A stretch of 62,907 nt of DNA, the filler included, from Octopus bimaculoides (taxonomy: Eukaryota): assembly GCF_001194135.2 (NCBI RefSeq). It is 5 parts of 5 records of this genome, joined end to end, with 100 filler letters (N's around TTAATTAATTAA, not from the genome) between each part and the next. Parts side by side here need not be neighbours in the genome. Positions count along the whole stretch, not along the records: positions 25,317 to 45,843 come from NC_068983.1; positions 45,944 to 59,429 come from NC_068984.1; 3 more parts are not named here. One strand, written 5' to 3'. The translations under genes were made by a program, and so were the position numbers. Under the pieces are notes generated by a model. The model made no database searches, was not told where the DNA came from, and saw nothing but the letters and a program-made list of their open reading frames with translations. Below, in pieces: positions 41,636-53,549 of this stretch (position 1 is the first letter of the stretch; the number at the start of each line of letters is the position of its first letter).

Positions 41636-42914
41636 TCTCTCTCTCCCTCTCTCGTCCTTCTACAATTGCATGGATGTTTACATAGGTTTTATTATAAGGG
41701 TATATTTTAACGGTTTTCTTGAAGTCTGCATTTCCTACAATTTGTTTTATATTCGTATCTATTAAGTGTTAAAAAGACACAAATAATAAATGAATAAAAA
41801 AAGTAAACGATTTCCTGTAGAAATAGCATGAACTTATTTATGGATGTATTTATAATGAAAGGCACATAAATTTTTTTATTAATTTTTCTAATTAAGCTAA
41901 TAATGCTTGGAACAAAACAAAGGGCTTTACATAAAATTATGAGAGACGGTTTTAATTTAATTTAATTGACAAGGAGAAATTTTGTATCATATTCTTGTTG
42001 TTATCAAAGCGGTTATTCGAAAACTTAATGAGTTTTTCCTTTAATTTATTTTTGCGTGAAAAAATTATTATTTGGTTCCAGCTTTATTGGTCGTAAGTGA
42101 AAATGTGTTACTTGAGAGTTGTGTCACTAATGTAAATATGAATTTACTCAAACAGGCTGTCAAGAAATATATAAAATTTGCGGAGAATTAATTACAAAGC
42201 ATGCTGCAAAGAAACTGACCGTTACGACTCTAAGGTGCTGTATATATTCCGACAGCTGTTCTATATTATTGATTACGATGATAAGCACATGACTACATAT
42301 TTTGGGAGAACATAGCCGATTAAAATGACCACAGTTCTTGACTAGTGCTTCTTTCATTGACCCCGAAAGAATGAAAATTAAAGTCGGATATTGGTGAATC
42401 TAGAAAACTCAACTATCCTGTTCAATAATATCAACGTTTTTTTTTGTTTTTTTTTTGTGGCATATTTATGAAACTTGCAATTAAAGGAGTATAAGCTGTC
42501 TATTTGGAGTTTATGATTGTGATGTATATAATAGGAATATTTGAGGAGTTCCTGTAGACGGAAAGTGTAAGAAAAGTGATACGTTTCTTGTTCATTGAAC
42601 TTAGTCACTCGTACAATTTTGAGTAAGTTGAACATAACTTTCAGTATTGGGAGAAGTAAATACCTGACTGGAGTTATATAATTCAATTTAAATATTGATG
42701 CACGGAACCGTAAACTTCAAGAACCGCATTTTTACTGTATAAAATTGAAATTTCTTTCAGCAACGATTTATGTTTAGACTCTACTGGGTTCAATGAAATC
42801 GCAGTATTACATGACAATCGAAAGGATCTTTTTCTTCTTATTTTTGTTATCTTTTTTTTTTTTTTTTTTTTTGCAAGAGAAATTATTCAGCTTCGCAAAT
42901 GGGGACGGAACGGT

Positions 42915-43302
42915 TGTTGTTGTTGTTGCTGGCACTCCGTCGCTTACGACGTCGAGGGTTCCAGTTGATCCGATCAACGGAACAGCCTGCTCGTGAAGTT
43001 AACGTGCAAGTGGTTGAGCACTCCACAGACACGTGTACCCTTAACGTAGTTCTCGAGGATATTCAGCGTGACACAGTGTGACAAGGCTGACCCTTTGAAT
43101 TACAGGTACAACAGAAACATAGAGTGAGAGACAGTTGTGGTGGAAGAGTACAGCAGAGTTCGCCACCATCCCCTGCCGGAGCCTTGTGGAGCTTTAGGTG
43201 TTTTCGCTCAATAAACACTCACAACGCCCGGTCTGGGAATCGAAACCGCGATCCTATGACCGCGAGTCCGCTGTCTTAATCACTGGGCCATTGCGCCTCC
43301 AC
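42915..43302 (-). mobile_element. Full-length young tRNA-derived SINE, family C, with 12-bp TSD
   Basis: A-box TGGCCCAGTG and B-box GGTTTCGATTCC on minus strand, (CAA)n tail; GGACGGAACGGT at 42903-42914 and 43303-43314. Confidence 0.9.
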
Positions 43303-44134
43303 GGACGGAACGGTAGATGGCAGATAATTGCATTAGTTACTTTATAGTGTCACNNNNNNNNNNNNNNNNNNNNNNNNNNNNNNNNNNNNNNNNNNNNNNN
43401 NNNNNNNNNNNNNNNNNNNNNNNNNNNNNNNNNNNNNNNNNNNNNNNNNNNNNNNNNNNNNNNNNNNNNNNNNNNNNNNNNNNNNNNNNNNNNNNNNNNN
43501 NNNNNNNNNNNNNNNNNNNNNNNNNNNNNNNNNNNNNNNNNNNNNNNNNNNNNNNNNNNNNNNNNNNNNNNNNNNNNNNNNNNNNNNNNNNNNNNNNNNN
43601 NNNNNNNNNNNNNNNNNNNNNNNNNNNNNNNNNNNNNNNNNNNNNNNNNNNNNNNNNNNNNNNNNNNNNNNNNNNNNNNNNNNNNNNNNNNNNNNNNNNN
43701 NNNNNNNNNNNNNNNNNNNNNNNNNNNNNNNNNNNNNNNNNNNNNNNNNNNNNNNNNNNNNNNNNNNNNNNNNNNNNNNNNNNNNNNNNNNNNNNNNNNN
43801 NNNNNNNNNNNNNNNNNNNNNNNNNNNNNNNNNNNNNNNNNNNNNNNNNNNNNNNNNNNNNNNNNNNNNNNNNNNNNNNNNNNNNNNNNNNNNNNNNNNN
43901 NNNNNNNNNNNNNNNNNNNNNNNNNNNNNNNNNNNNNNNNNNNNNNNNNNNNNNNNNNNNNNNNNNNNNNNNNNNNNNNNNNNNNNNNNNNNNNNNNNNN
44001 NNNNNNNNNNNNNNNNNNNNNNNNNNNNNNNNNNNNNNNNNNNNNNNNNNNNNNNNNNNNNNNNNNNNNNNNNNNNNNNNNNNNNNNNNNNNNNNNNNNN
44101 NNNNNNNNNNNNNNNNNNNNNNNNNNNNNNNNNN

Positions 44135-44165
<31 letters not shown>

Positions 44166-44782
44166 TATATAAATATATGTATGTATGTATGTATGTATGT
44201 GTATATATATGTGTGTGTAATACAAAGCCAAGGTGCGTTGCGTTCTGTTAATTAACAAGTGAAAAAATGTGTAGCAAATGCATAATCGAAACACGGACAC
44301 AGAATGGCAAGTTTAAAAAGGTATAATAAATGCACAGACGAACGGGAAAACGTATATTATATGTACAAACGGACGGAAAAACAGATACAGAAGGTCCCTA
44401 AATTCCTCATTAGTTATCAACCAGAAGGTAAACTGTTTAATACCTTTTGGTTTTTCCATACGTCTCTGCATTTATTATACGTTTTTAATTGCCATTCTGT
44501 GTCCACCGTTTTTCGTTTGTGCATTTGCCACATGTGTGTGTGTGTGTGTGTGTGTGTGTTTGTGTGTGTTTGTGTGTGTGAGTGTATACACACGTATGTA
44601 TGTTTATATATATTCTGAGTATTCCAAACGTTTCTTAATGTAGTCCTTGTATTGTCTTTTGTACACCCTGATGATTTTCCATACAAGGTATTTAAAATGC
44701 AAAATTATATGTTTGTAATTTAAATTTTGTTTGTGAAATGAAACAATTGTAGGTGAATATGTTAATTAATCANNNNNNNNNN

Positions 44783-44828
<46 letters not shown>

Positions 44829-44831
<3 letters not shown>

Positions 44832-45843
44832 GGAATTCCAAAGAAGTTTCGTGGCTCGCTACCTCAACAGCTCCTTAAAGGATCTAGTGGCTAAGGATAT
44901 CATCAGGAGGAACCATGTGTGGTTTCGGCCCCTACTCCTCTACCGTTTTCGACGTGGTGGGCCCCACCACAGTCGGAGGTTTCGTCAGCTCTGATGTTGA
45001 GTGCGTTGAGTTTTTCCTTTGGCTTTATTTCTTTGGTTTCTTCGATACAGCATCAACGAATGTCAGCAGGCGAATGACCACCCTGCCAAAATCCCCTTTA
45101 AGTACTCGCCGGTAGTCTCCAACAGCCAGCGCTAGCTAACTGTCACGTGGCACAATCTAAGCTTCAACTGACCAATAGAGAGGAAAGGCGCGTAATTTTG
45201 GCCCACGCCGTCTCTAGACTTGTCTTCCAACAGTCTTGTTAGTTTCAGTTCCATTAACTGTCTGGTGGTACAAGTCTTCGAACTAACGGGGAGGATGGTG
45301 CGCAATGAACAAGACGGTTCCCTTAGACCACCTGTGTCGCAGCAACGCTGTTTAAGTGCCAGTCAGCCTCACCTAGTGATGCTATATCCCAGTCGGCATG
45401 TTATGGCTTTTGGGTCTTCTCGTTTCAGCCATATGTAGAAGCTGCCTTTGTCGTCTGCGTCCTGTATCCTCCTTATTACTTTTCTCAGCTCCAAGCTCGA
45501 AAGTGCAAACTTTCTTTTAAATAACGTCGCCCTTTCCTTTTCATTGAAACCTCTAGCCCCTTCTGCCAGGTGGTAATACCCGACAGTCCACCCTTGTTTC
45601 CCGCACTCTTTGGTTAATCTCTCATGTCTCCTTCCGTTGCTCTGCATTAGCGATGTTCTCTTCCCGTAGCACTGCCAGCTCTAGCAAAATACCAATCTTT
45701 CGTTCTGTGTTCCATAGGATTAAGTTCAGTATCTTGGTTGTTTTCATGAGGGGAAATATTAACAGTCTTTCCAAATCTGCGGCCAGCTCCCAGTGTCCCT
45801 TCCATCTTTCGTCTGTCTTGTATACTTGTTTTGAAGGTCTGGT
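44829..45843 (-). mobile_element. 3' end of an RLE-type non-LTR retrotransposon (HERO/NeSL-like), frameshifted
   Basis: WELAADLERLLIFP..TTKILNLILW..ERKIGILLELAVLREENIANAEQRK / HERLTKECGKQGW...EGARGF...KGSFYIWLKRE matches the RPDxxxW..ELxVPWEEN..A..RK..Y..L...C...GW..EVGxRGF layout; PD is mutated. Confidence 0.75.
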
Positions 45844-45943
45844 NNNNNNNNNNNNNNNNNNNNNNNNNNNNNNNNNNNNNNNNNNNNTTAATTAATTAAN
45901 NNNNNNNNNNNNNNNNNNNNNNNNNNNNNNNNNNNNNNNNNNN

Positions 45944-46259
45944 CTACGCATGTCCTCAGCAGTCACGGCCCATGTTTCACTGCCATGAAGCATGGCTGTT
46001 CGTACACATGCGTCATACAATCTGCCTTTTACTCTGAGAGAGAGACACTTTGTCACCAGCAGAGGTAAGAGCTCTCTGAACTTTGCCCAGACTATTCTAA
46101 TTCTAGCAGCTATGCTTTCAGCGCACCCACCCCCACTGCTAATTTGGTCACCAAGATAGCAGAAGCTATCAACCACTTCTAGTTTTTCTCCCTGGAATGT
46201 GGCAGAAGATGTTTTCTGCACATTCACAGTGTTTATAGCTCCTGAACATCTGCTACATA
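45944..46259 (-). mobile_element. 5'-truncated RTE LINE ORF2 fragment next to a gap
   Basis: GEKLEVVDSFCYLGDQISSGGGCAESIAARIR...KGRLYDACVRTAMLHGSETWAVTAEDMR, open frame. Confidence 0.92.
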
Positions 46260-46864
46260 AGCTATAAACACTGTGAACGTGCAGAAAACATCTTCTGCAT
46301 TCAATCATATAATATAAATAATATATATATGCATATATACATGTGTATATGTACATACTTACATATATGCACATACACATATGCATATGTGGGTACAGGA
46401 TGTCACAGAATGTAAACAACATAAAGTATGAAAATATGAGATACGAAATGCGAATACATGAAATATGAACCTTTTTTTGTGAACAACGAAAGAAACAAGA
46501 CAAACAACATAACGAACGACCCTTCATCAGTTGTTGGCTGTTTTTCTAATTGGTATTTTGAGCAATTCATGACAAGATATGCCTTTGATAAAACAGTTGC
46601 TCCTGCAAAGCAAATTAAATAAAATTTGGGATATATATATACACATACACATATATTATTTCTATTATTATATTTATATATACATATGAAGTAAAAGCAG
46701 CTCTAGTATGATAAATATTATTAAATACATATACTAATGTATATGCTTTTGTGTATTTTCCAGTGGCTGCAATGGTGCAGCCGTGTATATAACTCTCATG
46801 TCGCATGCTTTTAATGAATATGACATCAAAATAACGCGTAAACGGCTCCTTTCCCCAGAAAAGG

Positions 46865-46983
46865 AAAGATTTGGCTGCTATTTCTTGCACGCCCTGCTAC
46901 CATGTAACAAGTGTTTTGGGTCATTTATTGCAAATAGCTGTTATGTAGTAGCAGGGCGTGCTAGAAATAGCAGCCAAATCTTT
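46865..46983. repeat. Hairpin, 36-bp arms, 1 mismatch
   Basis: AAAGATTTGGCTGCTATTTCTTGCACGCCCTGCTAC / GTAGCAGGGCGTGCTAGAAATAGCAGCCAAATCTTT. Confidence 0.9.
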
Positions 46984-47172
46984 GGAGCTGAGATACATTG
47001 AATGCACTCCAAAAAAGTTTTGTAATGGTATTCCCATGGGACGATCTTTCACTTTGACTCTCAGAACTGTCATCCGGATTAGCTGGTTTTGTTTGTTAAT
47101 TTCTGTAAAAAATTTGTATTTATTTACTTTTGTTTTAAAGTTGAAGATGTATGAACATGTATATTAAATGGA

Positions 47173-47218
<46 letters not shown>

Positions 47219-47696
47219 TGTGTGACTTACACATACATGATAACATGCCCCTTCACTCACTCTCTCTCTCTCCCTTTCACACACACACGTCCATTTCATA
47301 TACACATACATACATCTTTCACTTTTTCTTCTCTTTCACTTTAAAACAAAAGTAAATAAATTAATTTTTTTAAAGGAAATTAACGAACTGTTTAAAAAAA
47401 GCTAAAATATAAATACTTACTGTACAAACAACTTGCATTTTTGAAATCANNNNNNNNNNNNNNNNNNNNNNNNNNNNNNNNNNNNNNNNNNNNNNNNNNN
47501 NNNNNNNNNNNNNNNNNNNNNNNNNNNNNNNNNNNNNNNNNNNNNNNNNNNNNNNNNNNNNNNNNNNNNNNNNNNNNNNNNNNNNNNNNNNNNNNNNNNN
47601 NNNNNNNNNNNNNNNNNNNNNNNNNNNNNNNNNNNNNNNNNNNNNNNNNNNNNNNNNNNNNNNNNNNNNNNNNNNNNNNNNNNNNNNNNNNNNNNN

Positions 47697-47968
47697 GGTT
47701 CCTGTGCAGGTGGCACGTAAAATACACCATTTTGAGCGTGGCCATTGCCAGTACCGCCTGACTGGCCTTCGTGCCGGTGGTACGTAAAAGCACCTACTAC
47801 ACTCTCGGAGTGGTTGGCGTTAGGAAGGGCATCCAGCTGTAGAAACTCTGCCAAATCAGATTGGAGCCTGGTGTAGCCATCTGGTTTCACCAGTCCTCAG
47901 TCAAATCATCCAACCCATGCTAGCATGGAAAGCGGACGTTAAACGACGACGATGATGATGATGATGAT
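47697..47968 (+). mobile_element. Young RTE LINE 3' UTR with (GAT)n tail, emerging from a gap
   Basis: ...CAACCCATGCTAGCATGGAAAGCGGACGTTAAACGACGACGATGATG. Confidence 0.85.
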
Positions 47969-49791
47969 AGTGGACGTGTGTTTGTGTTGATTGACATGCC
48001 ATGACATTCATTATATGTGTGTGTATGTGTGTTGATGTCACAGAAGCCATGTTTTTTTCCATCAAGAAATAACAAACAAAAATTGTGTTTAATCGTTTTT
48101 TATTAATAAATGGAGGTCCAAATATCACAAAATTTTGTATTGCACTGCTGAAAATAAATATGCAAAAAAATTAAGATAAAATATACTATTTCTGAGATAT
48201 TTTGGTTACACACAAACGTCTCTAGAGTTTTAGTATTATTAAGACATGTATGCTTTAGTATAGCTAGAGTGTGTGCCGTCTGGGCTAGCCCTTCTGTATG
48301 CTGCCCCCCGACCCCACAAAAAACGCATATTACCTACAGCAGACCCAAAAGTGGTGCCCCTTTAAAAGTGCCACCTGGGGTGGACCGCCCTACTACCCCC
48401 AACTAGCTACGCTAGTGTATGTATGTGTCTGCGTGTATGTTGTATCTCCTTGTCTTAACATTGCTTGATAGTTGGAAAATAATTACCACTGTCACATAAG
48501 TAGTGTTGTGTGAGAAATATTACCTTGCTTGGAAATAGATGGGGGTTGGTGACAGGAAGTGCATCGAGCTGCAGAAAATCACTTTCAGTAAACTCCATCT
48601 GACCCATGCAAGCATGAAAAAGTAGATGTTAAAAGGAGGATGAAGATGATAATGGTTCCAATTAGTTCTTCAATATTCAGGTATTTCCTCAATTCATTTT
48701 CAAATTGAAGTGTTGCTTAATGATTAACTTTTTAAAATATCTGATATATAACATTTAAAATAACATTTTTAAAAATTTTGTTTCATAACTCTTTTCAGTA
48801 ATAGTATGACTACAACCAATTTTTGTTGCAGCTTTAGAAATTTCCAATGATGTAACATTGGTCATATCTAATTCAGTATATTTTTTTACAAAATGTGTAA
48901 ATTAGGTTGCTGCTTAAAATTAGTTTTCCATTTTTTTTTTTTTCAAAATAGTCAATGGTTTTATTTGATTTGTCTGAATGCTTTCTTTTCAAATGATTAC
49001 GAAGACTTGGAAAACTGAAAGCTTCGTTCAAAAGAATACAATTTCATAAAAGACATAGATATTTTGGATCAAGAAAGCTTTCAATAACACAATAAGATAG
49101 GATTGGTAACATTTCTTCCTTTTCTCTCTTTGAAATTGTCAAGAGTCTTGTGCATTATAAAATTATGATTAAAAAATTGACAACAATAAAACAATAAAAA
49201 AATATCTGAAATCTGAAAAATAAATACATGTGTCATGAGAGAAGTTCTAGAGATGGTAAGAGTTCTAGAACATCCAACTTCAATCACACAATTTTTAATC
49301 TTCTGACTCATTCTTCAACAAGAATAATCAAACAGTGTTATAGGCTTAACGACTGTACATAGAATTTTATTATCATGTTAGTTATACAAGGCAGAGTCAT
49401 TAGCATGCCAAGCAAAATGCTTGGCAGTATTTCATCCATCTTTATGTTCTGAGTGCAAACACCACCAAGGTCAACTTTGCCTTTTATCCTTTTGGGGTTG
49501 ACAAAATATGTACTAGTTAAGCACTGAGGTTGATGTAATCGACTTACTCCCTTCCTTGAAATTACTGGCCTTGTGCAAAATTTGAAAGCATTATAAAGTT
49601 AGTTATACAAGATTGTATTTAACCACAATTGCATGATTCATGAAACCATCATAACAATGTTTTTTTTATTTTGAAGTTGGTGATAAGGAAGTAGTTTTGA
49701 TCAGTTTGGGTAGAAATTAGTTGTTTAGTTTGCTTCTGAACTGGAACATTGAGAAAATAGCAAGAAGAAGGTTGTACATATAAAAAACAAG

Positions 49792-49823
<32 letters not shown>

Positions 49824-49825
<2 letters not shown>

Positions 49826-50219
49826 AAGCATGGATGTGTGGTTAAGAAGGTTGCTTCCTGACCATATGCTTTTGGGTTCAGTCCTAGTATGTCGCACTTT
49901 TGTCCCTACTATGGCCTCAAGCTGACCAAAAGCTTAGGAGTGGATTTGGTAGTTGGAAACTGAAAGAAGCCCATCATATATGCATGTGAGTGTGTGTGTG
50001 CTTGTGTTTCCTTGTCTTGACATTGTTGTAAATGAATGTCACTGTCATACAAGCGGTGTCAATTATGTCCAATATTCTGTAAAAACATATCTTGGAAACA
50101 GGTGAGGGCTAATAAAAAGGGCATCTAGGTGTAGAAAATCTGCCTCACTAAATTTTGTTTGATCCATTCAAGCATGGAAGTGTGGACTTTAAAACAATAC
50201 TGGTGCTAACGATGATGAC
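49824..50219 (+). mobile_element. SINE family B variant with RTE-like tail
   Basis: Family B head and body; 3' AAGGGCATCTAGGTGTAGAAAATCTGCC..CAAGCATGGAAGTGTGGACTTTAAA..GATGATG. Confidence 0.65.
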
Positions 50220-50243
50220 ATTTGCTTGTGTTATATATATATA

Positions 50244-50281
<38 letters not shown>

Positions 50282-50714
50282 GCTGTCAAAGAACCATAAT
50301 GGAGATGTGTGTGTGTGTATACACACATACATGCATGCGTATGTGCATACATCCATGCATACATATACATTCACATGCACACACGTATTTGTACACACAT
50401 TAACAGATATATATACATATATACAAACAGAAGATTATACGTTTATACACTCACATGCAAATATTCCTTGTAAAGAATTTGTAAAAATTGATCAAATACT
50501 TGGAACTTAAAAATGAGAAGATAGATAACTGTGGTTCCAATAATAATCAGAACACTTGGCTCAGTTCCAAAAAATCTCCCACTCTACCATACAAATACAT
50601 TTTACCAAAATAGAACTGCTTATATTCTAAGAGAATCACTTTCTGTCAGAAACATTATTGAAAGAAATAGCATTTTCAACATTTTCACTGAGGATGTGAA
50701 CAAAAATAATAATG

Positions 50715-51046
50715 GTATCATATTTTGGCATAAGGCCAGCAGTTTTAAAGGAGAGTGGGTTAGGTCATTACATTGACACCAATGTTCAACTGGTACTTAT
50801 TTTATTGACCCTGAAAGGATGAAAGACAAAGTCAAATTTGGCAGCATTTGAATTTATAACGGAAAGCTAGAAGAAATGTTACTAAGCATTTTGTTCAGTA
50901 TGTTAATAATTCTGCCAGCTTGTTGCTTTAGAACATAATGTAATAATTCTTTCTACTATAGGTGCAAGGCCTGGAATTTGGGGATAGAGAGCTAGCCAAT
51001 GATGTTGACCCCCAGTGCTCAAACTGGTACTTATTTTATAATAATG

Positions 51047-51094
<48 letters not shown>

Positions 51095-52015
51095 GCATCA
51101 CAGCAAACCACAGCACATACCCAAGGCACACAGAGCTGCACTCGGTAGTGAAGTGAAAGCATGTTATAAAATAAAACTACTGAATAATAATAATAATAAT
51201 GATAATAATAATCCTTTCTACTATAGACTCAAGGCCTAAAATTTGAGGGGAGGGGGATAGTCGATCACATCGACTCCAGTGTTCAACTGGTACTTAATTT
51301 ATCAACCCTGAATGGATGAAAGGCAAAGTTAACCTTGGTGGAATCTGAACTGAGAGTGAAGACGGACAGAATGCTGCTAAGTATTTTGCCCCGTGTGCTA
51401 ACGATTCTGTCAGCTCCCCACCTAATAATAACTCTTTCTACTATAGGCACAAGACATGAGATTTTGCAGGGAAGGGACTAGTCAATTGCATTGACCCCCA
51501 GTGCTTGAGTGATACTTATTTTATTGACCAAAATGGATAAAAGATAATGTCAATCTCAGTGGAATGATAATGGTTTCAAATTTTTGGTATAAGGCCAACA
51601 CTTTTGGAGGAAGTGGGTAAGTTGATTACATCAACCCTAGTGCTCAACAAGTACTTATTTTATCACCCCGAAAAGGAAGAAAAGTAAATTCAACTTTGGC
51701 AGAATTTGAACTCGAACTTAGTCAGATAAAATACTGCTAAGCATTTTGCCCAGCATGTTGATGATTCTGCCAACTTGCTGCCTTATTCAGTGGAATGGTA
51801 ATAATTATAATAATTGTTTCTAATATAGGCACAAGCGCAGAAATTTGTAGAAAGGGAAGTCAATTATATCATTCTCTAGTACTCTGTCAACTCTACAGCA
51901 AAAGACAAAGTTGATCTTTGTGGGATGTGAACTCCCCAGATCATATTAAGCAGGAACATATACTACAAAACAGTTTGTCTTATACTCTAATGATTCTACC
52001 AACCCATCATCCTAA
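50715..52015 (-). mobile_element. Train of six same-orientation SINE family A copies
   Basis: Copies at about 50715-50930, 50945-51037, 51210-51423, 51430-51566, 51567-51784, 51810-52015, mostly separated by AAT-rich spacers. Confidence 0.75.
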
Positions 52016-52094
52016 TGCTAGCAATATTTCTAACATTTTAAAATGACCATTTCTTTCAATTTTAACCCACACTGGATGTCTTTTAAAATCTTAA

Positions 52095-52314
52095 CCCTTT
52101 AGCATTTAGACCAGCCATATCCAGCTCAAATATTCTTCCTGGTTTATGTTCAAACTGACCAGATCCAGCCTCTCACGCCTATCCTACAATATCATTCTTA
52201 TACTAAGCAATCATATCATCAAAACCTCAAAGCTACACGATAATGCATGATTAATTCAAAACAATGTGAGTAGATGGGTATTACATTTGACAAAGTAATC
52301 TGAATGCTAAGGGG
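52095..52314. mobile_element. Complete piggyBac-like MITE
   Basis: TTAA|CCCTTTAGCATT ... AATGCTAAGGGG|TTAA. Confidence 0.85.
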
Positions 52315-53549
52315 TTAAAATCACCTAATAAGTTCTTGATAATAGGCAGTGTATACTTACAAACTTTATTTATATACTTTGAATGTAAAGTCAAGTAAGT
52401 GTTAGATGATCTTCTTCATACTAATGATTTGTAATGCAGACAAGTACGAGATTAGCAATCTCTCCTTTCCTAAATTGTCACTTCCTGATTCTAAAGGTTT
52501 CTGTCCATTATTGGGAGCCCTGTCTGCCAAGCAAATCAATTTTATGCTAAGTGAAGATGTTACATTTCAACATTTCTCTGTAGTTAGCTCATTCCAAATG
52601 TCACAGATGACTTTATGAGAAGCTGAATATGCCAAATCAAGCAATTTTTCAGTTTAGTCTGTTTTTAGGAGATAAAATTGTGTTGAAGTTATAGGTTTAT
52701 ATGTTACTTCTTTGTGTTCATTTTTACATAATGTTTCTAGAAATACATAGCATTGATTAGCTGGAACATTTTTGGCTTCTCAATTTACCTTTGACAAATC
52801 AAAATTTCAGCAATTTTTCATTTTTTGCTGATTTTGGTGCTCCTGAAAAGCTTGAAGTGGCTTATGATTTATCTTAAGCTTGTTATTTCTGTGTACAATT
52901 TTTATGCCTCATTTCTTGAAATATGTAGCATTAATTAGCTGGGACATTTTAGGCTTCTTTGGGAATGAAATTTGGTTGTTGGAAACTGTGCAGAAGCCCA
53001 TCACACACACACACACACACACATGTGTATGTGTGTTAGGGTTTGTGTGTGCATGTATGTCTGCATATTTTAGTATATAATGGTATAAAACAGTATGCCT
53101 CTTTATGGCAAAAGTGAACTTAGTCATTTTATAAATAAAAGATCTATAAAATAAGTGCCTGACTGAAATAAGTACTGAACTTGATAAAATCAACTAAAAC
53201 TCTTGAAGGTGGTGACTCAGCATGGCCACATTCCAGTGACTGAAAGCTGTAAAAGAGCAAATTGTAACATTAAAAGCTTATTCTCTTTGAGAAAATTTAT
53301 TATTCTCAGATTCAACTTGATATTTTAATAACTTATACAAGACTTGTGTTGATATACAAAAGTTCAGTTTCAGTACCACCCAATAAAAAATGAATGAGAG
53401 AAGGAAGTGGGTTTGTGAAATGCTTGTTGTTGTTGCTGTTTAACTCTAAATGAGCCTTGCTTGAACAGATCTAATCATGATCATTCCATCTTTTTTGTAT
53501 ATTTAAGAGGACACTGACCAGTGTATCCTTCTTTTTCTAAGATGGGAGT

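Noticed and set aside
43200-43302. tRNA-like sequence with A and B boxes (also in other SINE heads)
   Set aside because: It continues into a SINE body with tail and TSD; I could not form a complete cloverleaf.
46440-46560. Minus-strand CTGATGAAGGG as a Penelope-type hammerhead
   Set aside because: No stem II closure or GAAA follows; at most a decayed repeat.
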